Part shown: piece by piece, positions 11,470 to 21,823 of the stretch
Numbering within the stretch: the stretch's first letter is position 1
Layout: every line of letters begins with the position of its first letter
DNA from: Paramoeba atlantica
Lineage: Eukaryota > Protista > Discosea
NCBI GenBank assembly: GCA_977017575.1
Contig: CDRNVI010000163.1
Coordinates: forward strand, 124,001-188,000
Direction: 5' to 3'
Length of the DNA: 64,000 bases
The notes under the pieces: model-generated
Told to the model about the DNA's origin: nothing
Databases searched by the model: none
The model's input: only the letters and a program-made list of their open reading frames with translations
Program-made: the position numbers and the translations under genes

Positions 11470-14390
11470 TCATTCTTCTCCTTCATATCGTTTTGCTGGT
11501 TTGAGAACAACATGTTTTTCAGAGTCAAGAACCAAATTTTCTGGTCTCTCTAGTGAACCCAAGTTCTTTCTTGTTCGCAACTCTTCTAACGTTTCTTGAA
11601 ACTGATCTCTTGAATTTCCCCATTCTCGATCAGCCACATCTTCCCACAAGACATCAACAATTTGATAATCTATCACCCCATACAATTGACGGAGTTCTGA
11701 GTAAATCCCCAACAATCGAATACATCTCCCATGCCCAACCAAAACAGTCCCTCCTCTAGGTGGGTCATTTTGCTTGCGAATCTCACAAGTTGCTCCTCTC
11801 TTTTTAAATGCACTCACTACAGCCTCAACTGCAAAGGAGGAGCAAATAATTTCCATTTGATAAACAGGTTCAGCCAAACTAGGACTACTTCGCAAGAACA
11901 ACCCATAAAAAACCTTTCGAGCAGTCGGGATAATCTGTCCTCCACCTCGGTGAATTGCATCCGAATGCAAAACCACCTTTGTAATGCGAAAGACGAGACC
12001 TCTCATTGGTTCATGACCAAGAGGCCCCTCTAACATGGCCCACCGAAATGCTGCAAGGATTGAGTCTCGGACCTCTCGAATTGGTTGGGACTCTTCGATA
12101 TCACAAATCAATAAATTACCGTTTGTATGAGCCCAAATTGCGTTTTGGTTTGGTGCATACACCCCCCCCAGCTGCTCCAACTTCTTTTTCCATTCATTCA
12201 AACCTATCCTTTTTTCTTCTTCTTCTCTCTCAGCTCTTTCCAGCATCCTAATCACATTTTCGGGTAATCGGTCTACTTCCATTTCGATCAAGTTATGTCT
12301 GTTGGAGGATTTCGCATAGCACGGGGATGAACACCCATTGATAATCTCTCGATATTCAAGAACCAAAGGAGAGATTTCAATATCAAAAGTGCTGTTCTCT
12401 TGCATAAAGGTTAGAGCCTTTTGAAGACTCTCTTCAGATCTTGCAGAGATGCTATTTTCCATTGTTTGTTCCCACTTGACCATTGGGAAACATCGGGCAC
12501 CGTTTCGAAATAAGTCCATGAATTTTGCCAAATCGCTTGGGGAAGGCACATCCAGAAATCTAGAAACAACTCTTGGAAGCTTTGGGGGTTGAGGCGGGGA
12601 GAAAAAAGAATTTGAACAATTTGGAGAATCACTAATTATTCCTGTGAAAGGAGAAAGAATGAAAAAGAGAGAAATTAATTTTTTTTTTAAAGAAAAATAA
12701 TAAAAAAATCAAACCCTGGACCGATCCTTTGAAAAGAAAAATTTGACCAGCAAAAACCATTCCAATCTCCTCAGGAGAGCTTTTCTCACACACATGAAGT
12801 GAAAAAGAACTGTTCTTCATCTTTTCATTATTAATAAAAAGAGAAGAGGGGTTCGGCAGTGTTGAAGAAAGCTCACCACAAAAAATCCGAGATAATTGAA
12901 AGATTGGGGATCTTTTTGTACACAAAGAGACAAAAGAGCGAGCTAATAATGGTCCCTTTGTTTCACAAGCTCGAATTGCCTGTTTTTTTTTTTTGTTATT
13001 ATTTTTTTACTTTTGAAATTCAAAGAGGGTTGTTTGAAAATGGTTTTGTATTTTTGTGTTTCTATTTCTCTTGATGTGGTGGGATGATCAAATTTTAATT
13101 TTCAAGGGGAGGATTCTGATTGACAATAAAATTTGTACAATAACAAAAGAAAAAGAATAATAAAAAGAAGTAAACCTGAGTCTTTTCATCATCTGGGGGA
13201 CCATTATACAAAATCTCACACCGATATCTTTGCGCAACGGAGGGAGGAGGAATGTAAAGAGTAATGGACGTCAAGATCGCATTCCCAATAGGCATAAACT
13301 CACTCAACATCACCTCTTTCTTCTCAGGGAATGTGAGAGAGAAAGCTTTTATCCCTTGTTCAATGGCTGGTTTATCTTTTGCTTTGATTGCATTGGAAAG
13401 AGATTGTAATGGCTCCAAAATAAATTCTACAAAACCTCTTTTTCCTTGAGTCTCCTTGGACCGGGGTTCCCATTCACTTGTCTCTTCATTGTATGAGAAA
13501 TTTCCCCACAAAAGCTTTTTCAAGTTCTTTTCTTTGAGTTTAAATTTGTTTTCATAAACGTGGACAAATCTATCGAGAGAGAAACCCCAATTCTGTGTAA
13601 GAGAACCAAAGAGAACATTTCCCTTTAAGGGAGAGAAGTGAAGATGTTCCCCCCAATTTGCAAGAATCCCTTCTTCTCTTGCTTGCTCAATTACTTGGTT
13701 CAATTCTTGGATGATTGAGAATATCATTTTGTATCCATTTTCAAGAGAAGAAGGAGAAAGAGAGAAAAGTTGGTCAATGTTGTTAATGAAGAGGATGGGG
13801 ATCACTCTTTGGTAAAGAGATTGAAACAAAGAAGATTTGAGTGTCTGGAGAAAAGAAGCGGAAGGCTGGGAAGAAGAAGAGGGAGAAGAGGAGGAGGGAG
13901 AAGACAAAGGAGAAGAAGAAGAAGAAGAAGAAGAAGAAGAAAAAGAAAAGGTTGGTGATGCGATTAAAAAAGCACCATCAACAAGTGGTAAGAGAGAAGG
14001 AAGATCATCTTGTTCCATTGGATGAACTGCTGTGATTAAAATTGGGTCTGTGCTTTCCTTCTCTTCTCTTTCTTCTTCTCCTTCTTCTTCTCTTTCTTCT
14101 TCTTTTTCTTTTTCTACTTCTTTTTTCTCTCCCCCCAAAAAAGAAAGAGAAGAAATCCCCTTGCCACCAATCTCCAAAGGGCCTTCAAAAACAAAAGAAG
14201 AAGGGGAATGAAAAACATGATCAGTCCCAAGATCACCATCATCCCATCTTCTCTCCAACACGATCGGATATCGGTTCCTTTTCCATCTCCAAAATTGAAA
14301 TGGGAAGAGAGAAAAATCTTCTTCTTCTTTTTGTTCTTTGAGAATGATTATATTTCTCAGTTGCTCAGGTTTGTTGAAATCCTTCATTTT
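11470..14390 (-). CDS. Elongation factor 2 paralog with degenerate G domain (3 or more exons; first exon uncertain)
   Basis: LRNIII, LVDGAFLI, PILFINNID, KGNVLFGS, LWGN, PPSVAQRYRCEILYNGPPDD, AKSSNRHN and VLHSDAIHRGGGQIIPTAR align with eEF2 domains G, II-V. Confidence 0.85.
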
Positions 14391-14556
14391 CTGTTGAGAG
14401 AGAAAAAGGAGAAAACAATCGTTCAACACCTCTCACCAAGAGAAAAAAGGGAAAAAAAGAAGAGAAAAACGGTGTCAGCTTTTTTTTTTTCTTTTTCTTT
14501 ATTTTACAACTAATCTACAATGTCAATGGAGAATGTTTTTCATCTTTTCGTTCGGT

Positions 14557-15270
14557 CTATTTGGCCAGAACGATACTCAAAAGGGAGAGAGGGAGGGTGA
14601 GAATTTGTCCCCTCTTTCTTCCTTGACTGACTTTTACTTGGAACCACCACTGCCATTCGCCATGGGTTTCGGAATAGACACGGGTCTGTGAGGAAACAAA
14701 TCCATACTCAAAGTCACTTTGTTGTGGACAGAAGGACAAATCTCCCCCACCATTCGCTCTTTCCACCTCTTTCGAAAGATTTTGTTCGGTTGAAAGGCGT
14801 TCGATGTTTCTCACTGGGATTACGAAGTCGCCCTCCCCGATCTGGTCCGCCCAACAAACACGTCGCAGAAGTCGGATTTCTTTTGTGGGAAAAGTAGACG
14901 ACTTCTGGTTTTCAAAGAGTAAACTGATTTTGTTGGTATTTGACCAAAGGACAATTCCTAAGTTCCCTTTTGGGCACTTCACAACACTTCCTGGGCAATA
15001 AGAGGTGTGTAAATTTTCGGAATCTCGTTGTTCGTCAAGCTCCAAAAGGTCCACAGAAATATTAAACTTTTGAAGAGGCCCATAGATCCCAGTCGATAAG
15101 AAGACAGTCACAATTTCTTTTCCTTTGGGAGAGAAACGGGTCCAAGATGCAGTTAAACAGTCATTCGGTGTTACCCCACTCGCAATCCTTTTGGTCACAC
15201 GAACATACGAACCGAAGGGGAATCTTGGAGTAGAGGGAGTGGTCATTTCATCAACTTGTTGCTGAAACAT
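14557..15270 (-). CDS. Uncharacterised 237-aa beta-rich ORF with KOW/SH3-barrel-like segments; may be a 5' exon of the EF-2 paralog
   Basis: Non-repetitive ORF with FPFGSYVRV, PGSVVKCPKGNLGIV and GEGDFVIP motifs. Fold call is inference. Confidence 0.55.
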   Translation of the reverse strand: MFQQQVDEMTTPSTPRFPFGSYVRVTKRIASGVTPNDCLTASWTRFSPKGKEIVTVFLSTGIYGPLQKFNISVDLLELDEQRDSENLHTSYCPGSVVKCPKGNLGIVLWSNTNKISLLFENQKSSTFPTKEIRLLRRVCWADQIGEGDFVIPVRNIERLSTEQNLSKEVERANGGGDLSFCPQQSDFEYGFVSSQTRVYSETHGEWQWWFQVKVSQGRKRGQILTLPLSLLSIVLAK

Positions 15271-15937
15271 TTTTTTTCAAACTGAAATATTCTTGGGAAA
15301 TTTTGTAATTCTCTTTCTTTTGACTTCATTTTTGTAAAACAAGTTTGACATTTGACATTGAGGATGACAAATTTCGAGAAGTTTGACAAATATTCTATAA
15401 AAGGAATTCAGGGAAAAAAGAAAATCAACCCAAAACAGGAAAATCAGCATCATTTCTTTGTTTTTCGAATTTTGTCCTGAGAACGAACGTAGGGAAAGGC
15501 AGAGAAAAGACAAACTTGTCAACTTTCTCCCAATTTAATCTTTTTTCCTTCCAAGAATCTCCCAATCTTTTTAATATCTATCGAAGATAAGAAAGATCCC
15601 AGAAAGACTCCATTTTCTCAAAAAGATAGAGAAGAGAGAGAGGGGGGTAAATAGAAGTTACAGGATGATATTATTGTTTTGTGATATTTTGATGAAAACA
15701 GAAAACATTCAAAGATTTGAAAGTAAACTTTTTGCCAATACAAGAAAAGGAAATCATCACCAAAACTTTGTTTGCGGAAAACCTTTGGTCCTGTTTCGTT
15801 TTCCGTGTTTTTTTGTGTTTTAAACTCGAACCAATTTCAGAGAAAAAAATTCTTCTCACGCAGAGAAACACCAGCAAAGTTTTTTCGAATTTTCTTTTTT
15901 TTTTGTTGAGGAATTGAACTTTTCGTTTTGTTGAGTC

Positions 15938-17113
15938 ATGGGGTGTGGTTCGAGTCACAATGTCGATGAATCTGCATACAACAAGAACAAGCAAATCAAC
16001 CGATACTTGAAAGAGAGCAGCCAACCCAACATTTCAGGAAACATCCGCCTTATGATGCTGGGCCACGAACAAAGTGGAAAAACCACTTTTTGTCAACAGT
16101 TGAGAGTGTTATACAGTGAGGAACCATTCTCCAAGGATGAAAAAGAAGTCTATCGTGATCTCATCCACGCCAAAATCGTCTCTGCCCTCACGGGACTCTG
16201 CCGTAAAGTGTTGAACAGCAAGTCCTTTGAATTGCAGGGAGAGAGTAAATTGAGGATAATGAATTTCAAAGAGAAATATTTCAATTTGAGCCCGTCTTTC
16301 AGTCTCACCATACATGCTCGCAAGATGGGGTATAGTCGGACAAGTTACGATGATCTTCGAAATCCTCGCCCAATGTTTTTGATGAATGAGCAGATGATAA
16401 AAGATATTCTCTCACTTTGGAAGGATCCAGTCATTCAAGAATCTTGGCAACACACCACGCTCGATAGCGACGAGCTGATCCCCCCTATTTTGGGATACTT
16501 CATGGACCATTTTCATCGAATCACAATGGTGGAAGAGGACGAGGAGAAAACCATCTCTTACATCCCAACAACAGAAGATATTTTACACTGTGGGTTGAAC
16601 ACCCAAATTATTGAACAGTTCATTTTCCAAATTGACGACCACACCTTTGACATATACGAGTTTGGAGGAATCAAACCAAGAGCACCAGAGCGAGATATCT
16701 TCGAACATATGGCTAACGCAGCTCTTATTCTCTATTTTCTCTCTATGGACACGTATGGCGAAGATAATTCTGAGGGAAACGTGTTTGCCTCCAGACTCGA
16801 GCACCTCGACGAATTTAAAAAGTGCAAACGATTCCACAACACCAAAATCATCCTCTTTCTCTCCAAGTGTGATGTTTTTCGAAAAATCATCGAAGATAAA
16901 CCCCTTTCCTCTGTATTTCCCAAGTTTAAGGGGAAGGATACATACGAGGGAGCGATCGAGTTTGTGAAAGAGAAGGTGAGAGAGACCGTGGGAGAGAGAG
17001 TGGTGTTTGTGATCGAGACGAATTGCATGGATGTTGGGGATGTGAAGTATGGTTTTGAGAGTGTGCTGGGCACTCTACGTCATTTCACCACCATCAAACC
17101 TGCTGTTTATTAG
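15938..17113 (+). CDS. Divergent heterotrimeric G-protein alpha subunit, intronless
   Basis: MGCGSS lipidation site, P-loop LGHEQSGKTT, YIPTTEDIL, EFGG (G3), FLSKCD (G4), TNCMD (G5). Confidence 0.92.
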   Translation: MGCGSSHNVDESAYNKNKQINRYLKESSQPNISGNIRLMMLGHEQSGKTTFCQQLRVLYSEEPFSKDEKEVYRDLIHAKIVSALTGLCRKVLNSKSFELQGESKLRIMNFKEKYFNLSPSFSLTIHARKMGYSRTSYDDLRNPRPMFLMNEQMIKDILSLWKDPVIQESWQHTTLDSDELIPPILGYFMDHFHRITMVEEDEEKTISYIPTTEDILHCGLNTQIIEQFIFQIDDHTFDIYEFGGIKPRAPERDIFEHMANAALILYFLSMDTYGEDNSEGNVFASRLEHLDEFKKCKRFHNTKIILFLSKCDVFRKIIEDKPLSSVFPKFKGKDTYEGAIEFVKEKVRETVGERVVFVIETNCMDVGDVKYGFESVLGTLRHFTTIKPAVY

Positions 17114-17567
17114 TACTAGATTCTCTCAGAGTGTGAGAAGAAAAACAGAAACTCCCAATAATCTTTTTTTCCTCCCAAGAGTCTCCCAATTTTTTTTTCT
17201 GCCAATCTTTTTTCTTTCAGCCAATCTTTTTTTCTCTTCAGTTTTTCTGCGATTGGAGCCTCGTCCCAAACAATTAAGTCTGTTTGTTGGATTATTTTTG
17301 CTAGATCTGATCGAGGTATGAAAATACAGACATCCGAGTTTGAGGGGTGAATTGGAATCTTTTTAGTTCACCGATCTATACTGCTCCTCCATTAATTTAC
17401 TCGAGATGAGTTAGAACGTGAGCTCTTCCAAAAAAGAACCATCCCAAAACCTCCAACCACAATTACAACAACAAATGAACCACCAAAAAAAAAAAGAAGG
17501 AGGAAGAAGAAGAATGAAAAAAAAAAAAAAAAAAGAGGAAAAAGAGGAAGATACAATATTTTTTTTT

Positions 17568-18575
17568 TTATTTTTTCAATTTTTTGCTTGATTGTTTTCC
17601 ACAATTATCACAATGCTTTCGAAAACATTTCTCATAAGAAAACCCAACCGAACAATGCGGACACTGCATCTTTTTTCTCTTCTTTGCCTCTTCTGGTGGA
17701 TTTTCTTCACTCTTTTCTTCTTTCTCCTTTTCCTTTCCTCTTCTCTTCTCTTGTTTATTTTTTAAAACCACTTTGTTCAAAGCAGCATTTTCTGAGGTGA
17801 AAAGAACAGGTGACACATGAAGAGGATGGAACGGGGTCCCATATGCAAGAAGTTTGCTGCTTGATAATCGCAACTCCGAAAATTGAGCATTGTCTTCCTC
17901 ATCGCCTTCTTCTCCATGAGCCTTGAGATGAGGCAACAAACCGGATTCACGATTCGAAAATGTCCTTGGACAGAAAGGACAAAAGAATTCTGGTGCCATT
18001 TTTTTGTTCTTCTGTAACAACATAAGAAATGGAATCACTTCTGTGCTCTTATGAACAACACTAGCTGATTGACTCTTCTCCCACACCATTGGCAAAACAC
18101 CATCTTTAACAGCTTGCAGAGCCAAAATCCCTGCTTCACCATGAGAGCAATTTTTGCTTCGTCCAATTTCGCACTAATAAACCAATCAAAATTAATGATT
18201 TCATTTAATTCATTTTTCAAAAAAAAAAATGAAAAATCTCACACCGTACATTCACCTTGTTCAATTTGACCTTTTCTGGGAATCACCATCGCAGAATGAC
18301 AAGGGGGTTGGGTGAACAGTTGGGCAAACTGAAAAAACAATCTGAAAGTAACCAACCTCTGTTTTGGAAGACCAAAATTGAACCTTTGAGATAAACCCAG
18401 AAGAGAAAAGGCGCATTGCTCGTGTTCGTGGGTACAAAGGAAGCTTGGTACTTTCGCTCTCTGGAACTCGATCAAAAAGGGTGTTTTTTTGTTCGAAATC
18501 ATTTCTTTGTTCCTCATGAAATTTCACTGATGACGGAGTTGATAAAAAGTTATAAAAATTCTCTTGAAGCTGTTT
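17568..18575 (-). CDS. SWIM zinc finger plus two C2H2-like fingers; one frameshift at 18303-18307
   Basis: RAMRLFSSGFISKV...PCHSAMVIPRKGQIEQGECT|CEIGRSKNCSHGEAGIL (CxC-x7-CxH across intron 18244-18174); CPFCPRTF..LLPHLKAH; CPHCSVGF..FRKH. Confidence 0.7.
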
Positions 18576-18617
18576 CTATTCAAAGATTTTTTTTAATTTT
18601 TTTTTTTTGAGAGAAAA

Positions 18618-19856
18618 CTAAAAATAAAAAACAACCTCCCAATCTATTGGAATAGCATCTAACAACCCTTTAAAGAGATCTTTTACTTTCTCGAAAGAGT
18701 GTGGAGATGATAAGAGTGGTGGTGGTAGTAGTGAAGGGGGTGAAAGAGGAGAATATCGTTTAAAGAGATCGCAAGCATGCTTTTTAATAACATCACTGAG
18801 ATCAACTTTCTCTTGGAGTTCAAAAGGTGTAAAAGTCTGACGATTGGCCAAGGCATATGCAATATCAAGAGCAACTTCGCCATGGAGGATGTCATGTCTA
18901 GTCCAGTCACTCTTCCGACCAACATTCTTCTGTGCAGCATGATGTCTGCATTCAACTTGTGCTCGAGCTTTTTGTTGTAAAAAATCATGTTTAACTTGAG
19001 ATGCCAAATACTGTTTTCTACCACAAAGATTGTGTGGTGTTTCAAAAGAGAGCAAGTCTTCACACACCTCCTGATCTTTCTTTGTTTTAAAGAAAACTTC
19101 ACGTATATCAAATCGGCTGCCACCACGATCGAAAATAACAACAATTCCAGCAACATTCTCACACAAAGTACAAGACTCAGTGAAGTAGGGACACTTCTTC
19201 AGCGTCTCAATTTCTTCACTTGCTCCACCAAGAAGTGGGCTTCGATATAAAAAATACCCATCAGGTGCTGTGAAAGCTCCGAGTTTCACCGTATGAAATT
19301 TCTTGAGTTTGGAACTATAGAGAATATTCGTGAGATGAAGGTTTGACCAAGGGTGGTTGGACACAATTATTTCCTTTGGATCAGAGAGGAGACAGAGAAC
19401 TACTTGGTCCTTTCCGTATTTTTCTTCAAGAAAGATTTTCAGATCATGTGGAGTGTGTTTCTCAAAGATTTCCTGAGGAGAAAGAAGACGAAAATAATAC
19501 GGCACCCAAAGAGCAGAAACAAGAAATCCACCATTCTGAACGAGAGTCCGAACCTGGGTTGCAGAACCAACAGGGTAGTCAACAGAAATTTTTTCATAAC
19601 CCACACCCCCAACATAATAGAGAAAGACTAAAAAAAACTCGATCACAGGGGGCACACCACCAGAATTGTTGCGCTGGTGATGGGAGTTAGAAGAAGTCCT
19701 AAAAATTGGTAAGAGGATGTCTTGGTTCAAGGGTTCATGGCGTCTCATAAAATAATTCCATTGTTCTTCTGTGACAAGAGTCTGAAAATCAAATGCCAGA
19801 TCTTCTGGAGTTGAAAAACCACACATTCCTCGAAAAACTCGGCGGTGAACCTCCAT
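18618..19856 (-). CDS. DDE_Tnp_4 (HARBI1/ISL2EU-like) transposase; probable start ATG 19856, frame open to 20120
   Basis: RGMCGF and an HTH-like FLVFLYYVGGVGYEKIS segment; SDPKEI (D1), YSSKLKKFHTVK..PDG..S..GGASEE, IFDRG (D2), ARAQVEC (E). Confidence 0.82.
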   Translation of the reverse strand: MEVHRRVFRGMCGFSTPEDLAFDFQTLVTEEQWNYFMRRHEPLNQDILLPIFRTSSNSHHQRNNSGGVPPVIEFFLVFLYYVGGVGYEKISVDYPVGSATQVRTLVQNGGFLVSALWVPYYFRLLSPQEIFEKHTPHDLKIFLEEKYGKDQVVLCLLSDPKEIIVSNHPWSNLHLTNILYSSKLKKFHTVKLGAFTAPDGYFLYRSPLLGGASEEIETLKKCPYFTESCTLCENVAGIVVIFDRGGSRFDIREVFFKTKKDQEVCEDLLSFETPHNLCGRKQYLASQVKHDFLQQKARAQVECRHHAAQKNVGRKSDWTRHDILHGEVALDIAYALANRQTFTPFELQEKVDLSDVIKKHACDLFKRYSPLSPPSLLPPPLLSSPHSFEKVKDLFKGLLDAIPIDWEVVFYF

Positions 19857-19934
19857 CTGAGATTTTGAGGAAAACGAAGCGATCCCGAAAATTTGGAGAG
19901 ACCAAAACGGCGCAATTTTTTTGGCGAATTCATC

Positions 19935-20643
19935 CAAAATAAAACCTGAGACCTTCTTACAACAGATTGATGAAGCCGCAAGAGAAGCTTTCAATAAATG
20001 GAGAAAAGATGGCCTCCCAGCTGAAATAGAAAAATCAAACATTAATAACCTTTGGTACGCCCAAAAACTACTTAAAAAACTCAGAAACAGCAAAAAAATC
20101 TTCAAAAACAAAGTCAGCAAAAGAATTCATGAAAACCTGCAAGACAAATATAGAGACCTCCCACAATACAGACGAAGGATAAAACTCCTCCCAGAGTTCA
20201 TAGAACAAACCAAAGAAATAATTGAAGATACAATAAGCACAATCGGGTGCCCGATCAATCTTCCAAAGGAAATAGCAACTGGAATCACCAATCCATATTT
20301 AAAAAAACCAAACACACAGAAACTCAGACTACTAAACCCAGAAACTAAAATGGAGGAAAAAGACCCAAACAAAGTCGCTCAACAACTGGGAAATTTCTGG
20401 GAAGGAATCTTTGGAAAGGAAAGACCAAATTCCCAAAAAAAAATGGAAGAACTCCTCGAAGACTACCCCGAAATTTCTCAAGAAGATGATTTTACAATTG
20501 ACCCCAAACTTGTAACAAAAATAATCTCCAAAACAAATAGAACTGGCTCAGGACCAAATGGAATTCCTTTTTCATACTACAAAGCTATGCATGACGAATT
20601 CCCAAGTTTCTGGCCTGATTTCATTGAGGCGGCAATCAGTTGA
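19935..20643 (+). mobile_element. Fragment of a non-LTR retrotransposon (LINE) ORF2, truncated at both ends
   Basis: VAQQLGNFWEGIF and SKTNRTGSGPNGIPFSYYK match the pre-RT and RT-start motif (K-S/A-PGPDGIPxEFYK). A/C-rich composition differs from flanks. Confidence 0.72.
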
Positions 20644-21823
20644 AAACCAAAAAGATTTTCTATGAAACAGCCAAAATTTTTGAAGTCTTTTTGGCCATTA
20701 TTTTAGCCATTTAGTTTTGGCTAAATTGGGAAGGTGAATTTCGAGCGAAAAGAGAGAAGAAAAAAGAGACGCACAAACAGCGGGTGTGGGAGAGAGAGGC
20801 GAGATGAAAGTTGCTGATGGTCTTTCTTGTGAGATGAGGGACCTGAGTGACAGACAATCGAAAGAAGAGAGAAAGAGAGGGAGAGGAGGAGGAGATAATT
20901 GATGAATTTGAGAGTCCTTTTAATTTTTTACCAATGAGAGAAATTTCTTTTTGAAAGATTCGTTTCAACCCTGTCACTTCAGGCAATTCTTCTTTTCTCT
21001 CTCTTTTTTTTTTCTCTCTCTTCTTTTGACTCTGATTTTTTCCATTTCTTTTTTTTTTGAGTCTTGAGAGACTTTTCTCAAACTTTCTTTTGAGCTCTCT
21101 GCCAGCTTTTGCCGATTGATGGGGGTGATATTTCCCCATCTATCTTTCACATCTGGCAAATATTTTAATTTTGGAGATGAAAAACAAATGCGATTGAGAA
21201 TGTAAATTGTTGATTTTTCAGTTTCATTCTTGAATTGAACTTTTGTTGTTGTTTGCTCCTCACATTTTTTTTCCAATGAAAACCCAAACCACACCTTGGG
21301 AGAGAAAAAAAACAAAAAAAAAACAAAAAAAAAAAAAATGCCAGCTTTTGCTGAGGAATGGAAAATTTTTTCTCCTCCATCCATCTTTCACATCTGGCAA
21401 AGATAATTAATTGGTGAAGATTTAAAACCAAACTCTCAAGTGAATATTCCATTCGCGAATGATTTTTGTTTGGAAAGTTGTCCTTCCAAAATTCTGATTT
21501 TTTTAACAACCAAAAAAGATTTGGACAAGAGAAAATTGAACAAGAATATGATTGTGAAGGAGACGAAAAGAGAAAAAAGAAAAAGGAGAAAAGAAAAAGT
21601 TATTTCAGAAAGAAATAATCAAATATCAAACAGGATTGGCCGTGTCAATCTTAGTCATAATGGTCATATATTGTGGTGTCGATCCCATCTCCGCTCTTGA
21701 CCAAATGACAGAGTTCTTTTTCTTTCAATTTCCCTCCTCTCTCTCTCTTTCTTTTAAGATTTATCTCCCACTCTCTCTCATTTTTTCTTTTTCTCAGTAA
21801 TATTTATTATACAGAGCAAAACA

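Larger units (their letters stand above)
17568..20120 (-). mobile_element. PHIS-type (PIF/Harbinger/ISL2EU) DNA transposon gene: DDE transposase plus SWIM and C2H2 module; element ends not identified
   Basis: Transposase ORF 18618-20120 plus downstream exons 18575-18245 and 18173-17568. Confidence 0.75.

Noticed and set aside
10363-14390. Functional toxin-decoy pairing of the GNAT and the adjacent pseudo-EF-2
   Set aside because: Adjacency is the only evidence, and gene spacing is tight throughout the window.
20044-20120. Extended transposase N-terminus implied by the 500-aa ORF call
   Set aside because: That stretch is the antisense of the LINE fragment; ATG 19856 fits better.
17120-21800. 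Terminal inverted repeats and TSD for the transposon
   Set aside because: No convincing pair found by eye; needs multi-copy alignment.
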